Below, piece by piece: positions 20,468 to 29,766 of a stretch of 64,000 nucleotides of DNA (position 1 is the first letter of the stretch; each line of letters begins with the position of its first letter). This DNA is from an uncultured Bacteroidales bacterium (GTDB lineage Bacteria; Bacteroidota; Bacteroidia; Bacteroidales; VadinHA17): contig CAWGJX010000004.1 of assembly GCA_963823065.1 (NCBI GenBank), positions 1,280,139 through 1,344,138 on the forward strand, written 5' to 3'. The notes beneath the pieces were generated by a model that did not search any database, was not told where the DNA came from, and worked only from the letters and a program-made list of their open reading frames with translations. Position numbers and translations under genes: made by a program.

Positions 20468-22282
20468 ATGGCAATGACGTTGCTTGAGAAAATACTCTCT
20501 GCTCATTCAAAATTCCAGGCAGTCCATCCTGGAGAAATAGCAGATATAGAAATAGATACAAGGGTTGCGCGCGACTTTGGCGGTGCCAATGTTGTTAAGA
20601 ATCTGAATAATTTCGGATTGACAGTTAAGGACCCTGAAAAAACATTTTTTACATTTGATTGCAATCCAACTGGTTCTGACCAGAAATATGCAGTTAACCA
20701 GCATATCTGCCGTCTTTTCGCACGCGATCACGGAATTAAAGTCTATGATATAGATGCTGGGATAGGTACTCATATTCTGATAGAAGAAGGTTACGTAACT
20801 CCCGGCTCAACAGCTGTATCAACTGATTCTCATGCAAATATTCTAGGAGCTATAGGAGCTTTCGGACAGGGAATGGGGGATATGGATATTGCTGCTGCCT
20901 GGCACGATGGTAAAGTATGGTTTAAGATACCTTCATCAGTAAAAATTATTCTTGCCGGAAATACTCCTGATAATGTAAGTTCAAAAGACATTATTCTCAA
21001 TCTTCTTAAAATTTTTGGCGCGAATTCATTGCTTGGTTATTCTATTGAGATGTATGGTTCATGTGTTGATGAGATGGATGTCGATGACCGGATCACAATT
21101 TCTTCCATGGCAACGGAAATGGGAGCAATAATTATTCTTTTTCCGCCCTCAAAAGCAGTAATTGAATATTGTTCCCGAAAGGCGAAAAGCAAGTTTGAAC
21201 CCTTATATGCTGACCCGGATGCTCATTATGAGAAAGAATTTACGATTGATGCATCAGCTTTTAAACCAATGGTTTCACGTCCCGGAGAACCGCACGACAC
21301 GGTAGCAGTTTCAGAAGTATCGGGAACAAAAATCGATTCGGTATTTATCGGAAGTTGCACAAACGGCAGAATGAAGGATATGAATAAGATTGCTGTTATC
21401 CTCAAAAACCGGAAAGTAGCTCCCGGTGTTGTACTTAAAATTGTGCCTGCAACAGACGAAATATGGAAGGAATGTCTTGACAAAGGATTGATCAGGGTTT
21501 TCAAAGATGCCGGCGCTCTGGTTTCTAATCCGGGATGCGCAGGGTGTGCTGCCGGTCAGGTTGGTCAAAATGGGCCTGGAGAAATTACAATTAGCACCGG
21601 AAACAGGAATTTTCCGGGAAAACAGGGAAAAGGAAGTGTTTATCTGTCATCACCTGAAGTTGCTGCAGCGTCTGCCATTGCAGGATATATAACCACTCCT
21701 GATAATATCCCGGATAAACCTGCAATCTTCACACGAGAGAATGTTCGGGTAGATTTCGCTAAAAAAGCTGAATCTGGATCCTTAACTGAAAAAAACTCAA
21801 TACTTGAAGGAAAAGTATGGATTATCATGAAAGATAATATTGATACTGATATGATATTTCATAACAGGTATCTTTCTATAACTGATAGTAAAGAGATGGG
21901 TCAGTATACATTTGATAATCTGAAAGGATTTGAAGACTTTTCAAAAAAAGCGAAACCAGGGGATATTGTTGTTACAGGAAAAAATTTTGGATGCGGAAGT
22001 TCCAGGCAACAGGCAGTGGACTGTTTTACTTCTCTTGGAATACAACTTATTGTGGCAGAATCATTTGGAGCTATTTACGAAAGGAATGCCATAAACGCCG
22101 CTTTTCCAATAGTTACTTGTAAGGACCTTCGTGAAATTGACATTAAGAATGGAGACACTATTAAGGTCAATTTACTGACCGGACAAATTGAAAACATCCG
22201 GACTAAATTAATATTCAGTGCTGAACCTTTTTCAGACGTTCAGTTTGAAGTTTACCGGAAAGGCGGACTCTTAGGAGCTTAA
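20468..22282 (+). CDS. Aconitase-family dehydratase with fused LeuC-like large and LeuD-like small subunits
   Basis: Start MAMTLLEKIL. Motifs DSHANILGA, IGSCTNGR and NPGCAGCAAGQ (Fe-S ligands). The swivel domain has GKNFGCGSSRQQAV. Confidence 0.8.
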   Translation: MAMTLLEKILSAHSKFQAVHPGEIADIEIDTRVARDFGGANVVKNLNNFGLTVKDPEKTFFTFDCNPTGSDQKYAVNQHICRLFARDHGIKVYDIDAGIGTHILIEEGYVTPGSTAVSTDSHANILGAIGAFGQGMGDMDIAAAWHDGKVWFKIPSSVKIILAGNTPDNVSSKDIILNLLKIFGANSLLGYSIEMYGSCVDEMDVDDRITISSMATEMGAIIILFPPSKAVIEYCSRKAKSKFEPLYADPDAHYEKEFTIDASAFKPMVSRPGEPHDTVAVSEVSGTKIDSVFIGSCTNGRMKDMNKIAVILKNRKVAPGVVLKIVPATDEIWKECLDKGLIRVFKDAGALVSNPGCAGCAAGQVGQNGPGEITISTGNRNFPGKQGKGSVYLSSPEVAAASAIAGYITTPDNIPDKPAIFTRENVRVDFAKKAESGSLTEKNSILEGKVWIIMKDNIDTDMIFHNRYLSITDSKEMGQYTFDNLKGFEDFSKKAKPGDIVVTGKNFGCGSSRQQAVDCFTSLGIQLIVAESFGAIYERNAINAAFPIVTCKDLREIDIKNGDTIKVNLLTGQIENIRTKLIFSAEPFSDVQFEVYRKGGLLGA

Positions 22283-22318
22283 TGCCTTTACGCTGTTACA
22301 CCTTTACACAATTGATTT

Positions 22319-24093
22319 ATGAAAGCACAGACATTTGCAGAGAAAATATTTAAAGCCCCGGCAGGATCGATTGTTTTTGCCAGGCCTGATATTATTCTGA
22401 CACATGATAATACTTCCAGTATATATAAGACCTTTCAGAAAATGGGAGGAGAGACTGTAGCTGATCCGGATCAAATGTTGGTCGTTCTCGATCATAATGC
22501 TCCTCCCTCTGATGCGAAACTGGCAACCAGTATCAGGATATCAGGGATATTGTCGCGAAGCAGGGTATCAGAAAGTTTTATGATTCCGGAAAAGGTATTT
22601 GCCACCAATTGATGTCGAATCATGCAAAGCCCGGGATGCTAATTGTGGGAAGTGACAGCCATACCTCTACAGCCGGAGCGTTTAATTCATTCGCAGCGGG
22701 TATCGATCGCACAGAATCAGCCGGAATCTGGAAAAGAGGGGAGACATGGTTCCGGGTTCCCGAGTCAATTAAAATAAATTTATCGGGAAAGCTGAAGGAT
22801 GATGTCTCTGCCAAGGATCTGGCATTGTGGATTATTGGAATGATTGGATCCGATGGAGCAAATTATATGTCAATCGAATACCATGGTGAAGGTGTTAAAA
22901 CTCTTGGAATTTCTGACCGTATGACAATTGCCAATCTTGCATCGGAAATGGGTGCGAAGAACGCTGTTTTCCCTGCAGATGACGTGCTTAGTAATTTTTA
23001 TGGGTCAAAAACTGAAGGGATCTGGGCTGATAAAGGAGCAAAATATTTCAGTGAAATAAACATTGATCTGGATGAGGTCTTCCCGGTAGTTGCAGCACCT
23101 CATAATGTTGATAATATAAAATCAGTATCTGAAGTTCAAGGGACTGAAGTTCATGAAGGTCTCATCGGGACATGCACAAATGGAAGAATAGAAGATCTGA
23201 GGATTGCGGCAGGGATATTGAAAGGCAAAAAGATCAAAGAAGGATTCCAGCTCAATATTATTCCGGCTTCCCGGAATATTTTCCTTAAGGCCATTGAAGA
23301 AGGTCTTATTTCAATATTTCTTGAATCGGGTGCCAACGTTCTAACCCCATCATGCGGAGCATGCCTGGGAACAGGACAGGGGATTCCGGCAAACGGACAT
23401 ACAGTGATTTCTACTGCAAACCGCAATTTTTCAGGAAGGATGGGGAATAAAGAGGCTCGGATTTATCTGGCTTCACCGGCAACAGTTGCGCATTCTGCAT
23501 TAAAAGGTATTATAACTGATCCAAGAACAAAACCCGGGAAAGAAAAATTTCCCTATAAAATATCACAGAGCAAAACATTTGAGATAAAGCCGGGTGAGAA
23601 CAGGAGAATTAATTCTGTCTGGAACTATTCAGATGTTGATAATCTTAATACAGATCAGATGTTTGCCGGGAAACACACCTATAATATATTGAGTTCCGAT
23701 CCTGCGTCAATTATTCCTTTGCTCTTTGAGGATTTTGATAAAGCATTCACAAAAAATGCAAAAGAAGGTGATATTATAATAGCAGGTGACAATTTTGGTT
23801 GCGGAAGTTCTCGTGAGCATCCTTCAGTAGGACTTGCTTACCTGGGAATAAAAGCAATAATTGTAAAATCCGTTAACAGGATATTTTATCGTTCATCAAT
23901 TAATCAGGGATTGTTGCTCATAGTTCATAAAGAAGCGGTGGAAGCTTATAAAGCCGGTGATCAGGTGAGTATTAACCTCAGTAAAGGCGAAATATTAGTT
24001 GGATCCAAAACATTTTCATTTGAACCTCTGCCTGATAAGCTGAAGCAGATAATAGACAAGAAAGGACTGGTGAATTTCATGAAATCTATTTAA
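22319..24093 (+). pseudogene. Second fused LeuC/LeuD-like aconitase-family dehydratase, split by a 1-nt deletion near 22525 (ORFs 22319-22612 and 22609-24093)
   Basis: From 22525, frame 1 reads NQYQDIRDIVAKQGIRKFYDSGKGICHQLMSNHAKPG into the second ORF. Motifs GSDSHTSTAGA, IGTCTNGR, PSCGACLGTGQG and GDNFGCGSSREHPS. Confidence 0.8.
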
Positions 24094-24209
24094 TGGCGTA
24101 AAGACATTAAGACGCAAAGGCTCAATGGCATAAAACCATTTGATTTCAGGACTTTTCATGAAAAAGTATGATCAGCAGGAAATACAGTTGCAAAAACTGA
24201 AAAAAAATG

Positions 24210-24217
24210 TATTTTTG
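24210..24217 (+). promoter_or_regulatory. Bacteroidota -7 promoter box candidate (TAnnTTTG)
   Basis: TATTTTTG lies 12 nt upstream of the tRNA-like 5' half at 24230. No clean -33 TTTG was seen. Confidence 0.35.
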
Positions 24218-24229
24218 TGGCCTGAAATT

Positions 24230-24275
24230 GGTTCCGCAGCTCATCCCGATAGCTATCGGGAGGATAGAGCAACAG
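24230..24275 (+). other. Duplicated 5' half of tRNA-Arg with an 18-nt hairpin replacing the D-loop
   Basis: GGTTCCGCAGCTCA + TCCCGATAGCTATCGGGA + GGATAGAGCAACAG matches positions 1-14 and 18-31 of the downstream tRNA. The copy ends at the anticodon stem. Confidence 0.55.
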
Positions 24276-24297
24276 GTTTGATGTTTTTTTAAATTTT

Positions 24298-24371
24298 GGT
24301 TCCGTAGCTCAGTTGGATAGAGCAACAGCCTTCTAAGCTGTGGGTCGCGCGTTCGAGCCGCGCCGGAATCA
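24298..24371 (+). tRNA. tRNA-Arg (anticodon TCT)
   Basis: I folded the complete 74-nt cloverleaf by hand: acceptor GGTTCCG/CGGAATC, D arm GCTC/GAGC, anticodon loop CTTCTAA, T arm GCGCG-TTCGAGC-CGCGC. CCA is not encoded. Confidence 0.9.
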
Positions 24372-24373
24372 CA

Positions 24374-24402
24374 AACCCGGGTTAAACAGTCCGGGTTTTT
24401 TA
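24374..24402 (+). terminator. Rho-independent terminator after tRNA-Arg
   Basis: AACCCGG-GTTAAACAGT-CCGGGTT hairpin followed by TTTTTTATTT. Confidence 0.7.
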
Positions 24403-24420
24403 TTTCAACGAGTGACTTTC

Positions 24421-25293
24421 TCAACTGTTGGACTTAAAGCTTTTTTTTTCTATTTTCTTTATTATAGAAATAATATCTTCCTCTCCAAATTCAGATTCAG
24501 CCTCTTTAAAAGAATTATATGCAGTTTCTCCTAATGGAGTATTTAATCCACTTTCTTTCGCAAGTCGTAAATCTTTAACAATATGTTTTAGCGCAAAAGC
24601 TGCCTGATACCTCTTCTGTAATATAGCGTCTCCTTTAATTTTAATATAGGTACTTCCAAGCGCACTGTTATTGATAATATTCAGCAAATCACCGGTTTCT
24701 ATTCCATTGTTTCGTGCAAAAATTACACTTTCAGAGAGACCCTGACTAATAATCCCCAGAAGTGTGTTCACTGCAAGTTTGGCAGCATTTCCTGACCCAG
24801 TGTCACCGACTCTTATTGTAAGCTTTCCCAGATTATCCAATATCGGTTTTACCCTGTTAAAAATGACTTCTTCGCCACCTGCCATAATAACAAGTTCTCC
24901 GCTTTCTGCTTGTTTGACACTCCCGGAAACAGGGGCGTCCAAATAATGAATCGACTGTTTCAAACATAATAATGACATCTCTCTGCTTATTTCGGGAGAT
25001 ACTGTACTCATGTTTATTATTATCTTATCATGTGTTACTGCACTTAACAGACCTTGTTTCCCTGTAAATATTTCTCGTACTGCCTTATCATCCGACACCA
25101 TTATTATTATGATATCAGTCTGATGAATTAATTGTTCAGGAGATAATGCGACAAATGCACCTTGAGAAACAAGAATATCATCTTTGTCTGTCGTGCGGTT
25201 AAAAACGGTCAGAGGATATCCTTCTTTTATAAGTCGTTGTGACATTGGGATTCCCATTCTTCCAAGCCCTGCCCAGCCAATCTTTTGTTTCAT
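24421..25293 (-). CDS. NAD(P)-dependent beta-hydroxyacid dehydrogenase (3-hydroxyisobutyrate / 6-phosphogluconate dehydrogenase family)
   Basis: Rossmann motif IGWAGLGRMGIPMSQRL directly after M at 25293. The ORF track extends it to 25353 through a 15-bp repeat array. Confidence 0.8.
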   Translation of the reverse strand: MKQKIGWAGLGRMGIPMSQRLIKEGYPLTVFNRTTDKDDILVSQGAFVALSPEQLIHQTDIIIIMVSDDKAVREIFTGKQGLLSAVTHDKIIINMSTVSPEISREMSLLCLKQSIHYLDAPVSGSVKQAESGELVIMAGGEEVIFNRVKPILDNLGKLTIRVGDTGSGNAAKLAVNTLLGIISQGLSESVIFARNNGIETGDLLNIINNSALGSTYIKIKGDAILQKRYQAAFALKHIVKDLRLAKESGLNTPLGETAYNSFKEAESEFGEEDIISIIKKIEKKSFKSNS

Positions 25294-25295
25294 GT

Positions 25296-25370
25296 CTTCT
25301 TTTTCTAATCGTTCTTTATTCAATTGTTCTTTGTTTAATTGTTCTTTATTCAACAGTTCTTGTTAAAGTT
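25296..25370. repeat. Tandem 15-bp repeats (about 4-5 units, GTTCTTTATTCAATT-like)
   Basis: Successive units start at 25311, 25326, 25341 and 25356, with a degenerate unit before them. On the minus strand they read KEQLN-KEQLN-KERLE. Confidence 0.7.
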
Positions 25371-25394
25371 TAAGTAATTTGGATGATGTGAAGG

Positions 25395-26018
25395 TTAGTA
25401 TCCAATTAAAGACAAAAATCCGTTGCCGAAAAATTGTATAACCGGCAATATAGGGAAGACATTTATTTTCGTTGTGAAGCTTATTATGATTAACCCAAAT
25501 AGCAGAAAAGATCCATATTTGTATAATCCGTTATAAAGATTAGGATATTTTTTGAATTGTGATAATAGAAGATGGGACCCATCGAGCGGAGGCAGTGGAA
25601 TAAGGTTAAAAACAAAAAGCGCCCAGTTAATGAAAATTGCTGAACGAAAAACTTCAGAGACGATCTTGCCTGAAAGGGCAGTTGCAAACAGGACAAATAT
25701 TACCGAAAGAAGCATTGCAATTACAGCATTTGACAAAGGACCGGCAAGAGCTATTTTAATAACATCTGTTTTAGGATTTCTAAGGTTCTGTTCATTAAAC
25801 TGGACAGGCTTAGCCCAACCGAAACCTGCGAATATTAACATTATAAAACCGAGAGGGTCAATGTGTTTTAACGGATTAAGTGAGATCCTTCCCTGTTCTT
25901 TTGCAGTAGAGTCTCCACACATATAAGCAACAAGTGCATGACAATATTCATGCACTGTCAGCCCAAGAATAATTCCCGGTAAAAATATTAATACCTGAGA
26001 CAGATTAAAGTTTCCCAT
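25395..26018 (-). CDS. Site-2 protease family (peptidase M50) membrane metalloprotease
   Basis: HEYCHALVA (HExxH) in the first helix, a polytopic membrane profile, and the LPPLDGS motif. Confidence 0.75.
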   Translation of the reverse strand: MGNFNLSQVLIFLPGIILGLTVHEYCHALVAYMCGDSTAKEQGRISLNPLKHIDPLGFIMLIFAGFGWAKPVQFNEQNLRNPKTDVIKIALAGPLSNAVIAMLLSVIFVLFATALSGKIVSEVFRSAIFINWALFVFNLIPLPPLDGSHLLLSQFKKYPNLYNGLYKYGSFLLFGLIIISFTTKINVFPILPVIQFFGNGFLSLIGY

Positions 26019-26805
26019 TCTGTCTTTTATTGACAGGCTGGTAAAAATCTGCCGGAGTCAGATGACACTTATTTATCATTTCAATTGCATATTCTGCTCC
26101 TCCGAAATTCGCATCCATATTGTTTGTACCAACTGTAAATTTAACGCCAGCTTTTTTGGCTCTTTTAATGAATTTCTCAGATGGAATTTTGAACCTGTTA
26201 TTTATTTCAATGGCAATATTATGATCCTTTGCGGCTTTTATAACCCTGTCCATTCTCTCATCAGTCCAGAAAGTATCATACCTGTCTGCCATCTGTTCAG
26301 GCAGATAAGTCGGATTGACATACATATTTATTGGTTCTGTACTAAGTATTTTAACTATAGTATTGACGAGGTAGTTCATGAAATCCTGCTCATTATCGAT
26401 CCATGTTTCAGCAGGTATCCAAATTCTGTTCCTTCTTCCTTTTGCATCAGTGAATGTCATTGCATCAGTGAATACATAATCAAACTTGTTAATAGATTCT
26501 TTTGAGAAGTTAGTGAGCCATTCTCTGCCCTCAGCCTGCATACCGATAAGGAACTGCGGGTAGTTTTTGAGAGAGTTAATAACAGAATCAATCTGACTGT
26601 CTTTATGAACAGGAAATCCTACTCCAACGTTAGTAACTATGCCATATTTTATATTTTCCTTTTTCGACTTTACAACAGCATCTTCAATTGTAAAACCGCC
26701 TTTGCAATGGACATGAAGATCTGTGATAGGGAAAGGGGCAGTAGTCTGACCGTTTGAAAGTGTGAATGATAATAAACCCATGATTAAAACTGCTAGTCTT
26801 TTCAT
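26005..26805 (-). CDS. Secreted hypothetical protein, possibly a PHP/amidohydrolase-like metal-dependent hydrolase
   Basis: Signal peptide MKRLAVLIMGLLSFTLSNGQ and an early DLHVHC motif. The fold assignment is a guess. Confidence 0.45.
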   Translation of the reverse strand: MKRLAVLIMGLLSFTLSNGQTTAPFPITDLHVHCKGGFTIEDAVVKSKKENIKYGIVTNVGVGFPVHKDSQIDSVINSLKNYPQFLIGMQAEGREWLTNFSKESINKFDYVFTDAMTFTDAKGRRNRIWIPAETWIDNEQDFMNYLVNTIVKILSTEPINMYVNPTYLPEQMADRYDTFWTDERMDRVIKAAKDHNIAIEINNRFKIPSEKFIKRAKKAGVKFTVGTNNMDANFGGAEYAIEMINKCHLTPADFYQPVNKRQNGKL

Positions 26806-26955
26806 ACTGAAATTTTATTAAATAACTGGTTCCTGTTTTTTAAAACGCTTGTAAAGCTAACAAAAAAGACGTTTGAATCAGTTTGCAGAGGCGCCTTTTA
26901 TTTCTGAGAAAAATCTCTTACGTTTACAATGCGTAGTTAATGCTATTTGTTCGTA

Positions 26956-27031
26956 AACCCCCTTTCATTTTCCCCCAAGGGGGAAAGGTCGGGTTTATAC
27001 CTTCCCCCGTGGGGGAAGGTTAGGAAGGGGG
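26956..27031. repeat. Cluster of G/C-run hairpins (variant of the CCCCC-N-GGGGG repeat family)
   Basis: Hairpins TTTCCCCCAAGGGGGAAA and ACCTTCCCCCGTGGGGGAAGGT, enclosed by ACCCCCT...AGGGGGT. Confidence 0.65.
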
Positions 27032-27090
27032 TAATGGATTCAATAAAAAATAGATACAGAAGCATATACCCATAGTTAAAAAGTTCTCAA

Positions 27091-28287
27091 ATGAAAAAGA
27101 TCTTTCTTATTTGTCTAATTATCTCATTTGTATCGTTCCCGAAAGTTCTGGCTCAACAATCAAATGACACTATTGCTTATCTGATTACATGTGGACCCGG
27201 GACAGAAACTTATTCTATTTATGGCCATAGCGCATTAAGAATTGCAATCCCTGCAAAACATTCTGACATAATCTATAACTGGGGAGTGTTCGATTACAAT
27301 ACAAAGAATTTCGCCTGGAAATTTGCAAAGGGCAGATTAGATTACATGCTTGATACAGAGACAACTAAAGGTTTTCTGCAGAGTTATTTTTTTGAACAGA
27401 GATATGTTTATTCACAAAGAATTAATATTGATTCAAAAGAATTACAAAAATTAACAGAACTAATAAATGAAAATCTCAAACCTGAAAACATTAAATACAG
27501 GTATGATTTTTTTTATGATGATTGTTCAACAAGGATAAGGGACCTGCTTGAAAAATCAATAGGGGATAAACTAAAATATCCTCAGCCGGACCCCGGAAGA
27601 GTGCCTACTTTCAGAGAAATGGTTGCCAAATATCAGAATCCATACCCCTGGTTAAAATTCGGAGTGGATCTTATTATGGGTTCCACAAGTGATAAAAAAG
27701 CCCATTTCAGGGATCAGATGTTCCTTCCCATTGATATGAGGATTGGATTATCAAAGACGGTAGTACAAAGGTCTGACAAAATGATTCCTCTTCTTCAGAA
27801 TCCTGAAATATTACTCGATTTCGGAAACCCTCAGGTAAAACATAGGTTTTTAACTTCTCCTCCTTTTGTTTTCACTCTTTTAATAATTGTGATTCTTATC
27901 CTCGCTGCTCAGACAAAAAGCAGAAAGATTATCAGAATAACAGATATTGTCATTTATTCTGTTTTTTCAATCCTTTCAGTGTTGATGATATTTTTTAATT
28001 TTTTCACCGATCACGATCAAATGAAATGGAATCTTAACATTATATGGCTTAATCCATTTATTCTGGTTTGTTTATTAATGCTGATATTAAATAAACCTGG
28101 TGAAATATGGTTCAGGATAGTGTTTTATATTTCAGCAGCATTTCTCGTTATTCACTTTGTTCTTCCCCAGGAATTCAACATAGGATTCTTACTTCTCGAT
28201 ATTATAATATTAATAAGGAGCTCTATGAGATCTGGTTTTGACTGGAATCCGCTTTCGCCCCCTGCCGCTTCGCGGCTGTCCCCCTAA
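27091..28287 (+). CDS. DUF4105 (Lnb N-terminal domain) membrane protein
   Basis: Signal peptide, then CGPGTETYSIYGHSALRI, which is typical of DUF4105, then C-terminal transmembrane helices. The last roughly 10 codons and the stop lie inside a repeat element. Confidence 0.65.
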   Translation: MKKIFLICLIISFVSFPKVLAQQSNDTIAYLITCGPGTETYSIYGHSALRIAIPAKHSDIIYNWGVFDYNTKNFAWKFAKGRLDYMLDTETTKGFLQSYFFEQRYVYSQRINIDSKELQKLTELINENLKPENIKYRYDFFYDDCSTRIRDLLEKSIGDKLKYPQPDPGRVPTFREMVAKYQNPYPWLKFGVDLIMGSTSDKKAHFRDQMFLPIDMRIGLSKTVVQRSDKMIPLLQNPEILLDFGNPQVKHRFLTSPPFVFTLLIIVILILAAQTKSRKIIRITDIVIYSVFSILSVLMIFFNFFTDHDQMKWNLNIIWLNPFILVCLLMLILNKPGEIWFRIVFYISAAFLVIHFVLPQEFNIGFLLLDIIILIRSSMRSGFDWNPLSPPAASRLSP

Positions 28288-28575
28288 AGGCATAGGCGTA
28301 AACTTAAGGAGTTGAATATAATAAAATAGGATAAAAATTAAGCATAAAATAGTATGTAATGTATTGAATATATGTCAGATACATTTCCCCTACTTTTAAA
28401 GGAGGGGAAACCTTTTTATGCAGTATCTCATATATCCCCAAAGCTTAAGTTTACGCCTATGCCCTAAAGGGGGAACAATTCAGTGACATTACTAAATTTC
28501 CTAAGAGGAAGTGAATTTACCCCCCTTTAGGGGGGCAAAAAAAGTTTTTGTGACTTTTGTGCCTGTAGGGCGGTA
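28258..28575. repeat. Family-A GC-hairpin repeat, copy A1, interrupted by the MITE at 28291-28461
   Basis: CCCCCTGCCGCTTCGCGGCTGTCCCCCTAAAGG ... CCCTAAAGGGGGAAC ... CCCCCCTTTAGGGGGG, then a TTTGTGACTTTTGTG arm. Homologous to copies at 43.2, 50.3, 51.3 and 58.9 kb. Confidence 0.75.
28291..28461. mobile_element. 171-bp MITE-like element with 18-bp perfect TIRs and a 9-bp flanking direct repeat
   Basis: CATAGGCGTAAACTTAAG at 28291 is the reverse complement of CTTAAGTTTACGCCTATG ending at 28461. CCCTAAAGG is present at 28282-28290 and 28462-28470. Confidence 0.7.
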
Positions 28576-28764
28576 ACCATGTCAATGGATTTTTCATGCA
28601 AAATGCATTTAGATCAAATGTTAAGACTTTAACTAATTTTTAACAGTCATTAACAAGAAGTTAGAATTTCATGCCTTTCTTTTGTATTCCAGAATTTCAG
28701 CCAGAAATGAGTCTTGGTGAAATAGTACTCAATTTATTATATTTGCTACTAAAATTTTTACATT

Positions 28765-29760
28765 ATGGAGCAGACAGCCGATATCAGAATTTTAAATGAA
28801 AAAATTGAAAAGGAAAGTTCATTTGTTGACATTGTCAGAATGGAGATGAACAAAGTCATTGTCGGGCAAAAGCATCTTACAGACAGTCTGATGATAGGAC
28901 TACTCTCAAATGGACACATACTTCTTGAAGGTGTACCTGGTCTTGCTAAAACACTTGCAATTAAATCACTGGCCTCAATCATTGATGCAAGATTCAGCAG
29001 GATTCAGTTTACGCCTGACTTACTCCCTGCTGACCTTATTGGTACAATGATTTATAGTCAGAAAAAAGAAGAATTCATTGTAAAAAAAGGCCCTGTGTTT
29101 GCAAATTTTATTCTTGCGGATGAAATTAACAGATCGCCCGCTAAAGTACAGAGCGCGTTATTGGAAGCAATGCAGGAAAGGCAGATAACAATCGGCGAAA
29201 ACACATTCAAGCTTGATGAACCATTCCTGGTTCTGGCAACACAGAATCCGATTGAACAGGAAGGAACATATCCCTTGCCTGAAGCCCAGATAGACAGGTT
29301 CATGATGAAAGTTCTTATTGATTACCCATCGATTGAAGAAGAAAGAATGATAATCAGGGAGAATCTTGCCAGGGAATTTCCAAAAGCTAATACTGTTTTG
29401 AGAACGGAAGACATAATCCGTGCCCGCAATGTAGTCAGAGAAGTATACATGGATGAAAAAATTGAAAATTATATTCTGAACATAGTTTTTGCAAGCCGTA
29501 ATCCTGATAGATTTGGACTACCGCAATTTAAGAACATGATTTCATATGGTGCTTCTCCCAGGGCTTCAATAAATCTATCGCTCGCAGCAAAAGCATTTGC
29601 ATTCATTAAAAGAAGAGGTTATGTTATTCCTGAAGATATCAGAACGATATGTCATGATGTAATGCGCCACAGGATTGGTCTTACATATGAAGCTGAAGCT
29701 GAAAATATTAATCAGGATCATATCATATCCGAAATCCTTAATGTTGTAGAAGTCCCATAA
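28765..29760 (+). CDS. moxR: MoxR-like AAA+ ATPase
   Basis: Walker A LLEGVPGLAKT, Walker B ILADEINR, and the typical MoxR C-terminus. First gene of the Bat operon. Confidence 0.9.
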   Translation: MEQTADIRILNEKIEKESSFVDIVRMEMNKVIVGQKHLTDSLMIGLLSNGHILLEGVPGLAKTLAIKSLASIIDARFSRIQFTPDLLPADLIGTMIYSQKKEEFIVKKGPVFANFILADEINRSPAKVQSALLEAMQERQITIGENTFKLDEPFLVLATQNPIEQEGTYPLPEAQIDRFMMKVLIDYPSIEEERMIIRENLAREFPKANTVLRTEDIIRARNVVREVYMDEKIENYILNIVFASRNPDRFGLPQFKNMISYGASPRASINLSLAAKAFAFIKRRGYVIPEDIRTICHDVMRHRIGLTYEAEAENINQDHIISEILNVVEVP

Positions 29761-29766
29761 CACCTT

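Noticed and set aside
897-22525. Programmed ribosomal frameshifting at the split genes
   Set aside because: There are no slippery heptamers or downstream stimulatory structures at the shift sites. The affected families are not known to use recoding, and simple homopolymer indels explain them.
24146-24424. 92-aa minus-strand ORF
   Set aside because: It is entirely antisense to tRNA-Arg, its half-copy and the terminator, so I treat it as spurious.
25294-25353. N-terminal KEQLN-repeat extension as part of the dehydrogenase CDS
   Set aside because: The family normally begins a few residues before the GxGxxG Rossmann motif, so M at 25293 fits. I kept the array as a separate repeat observation.
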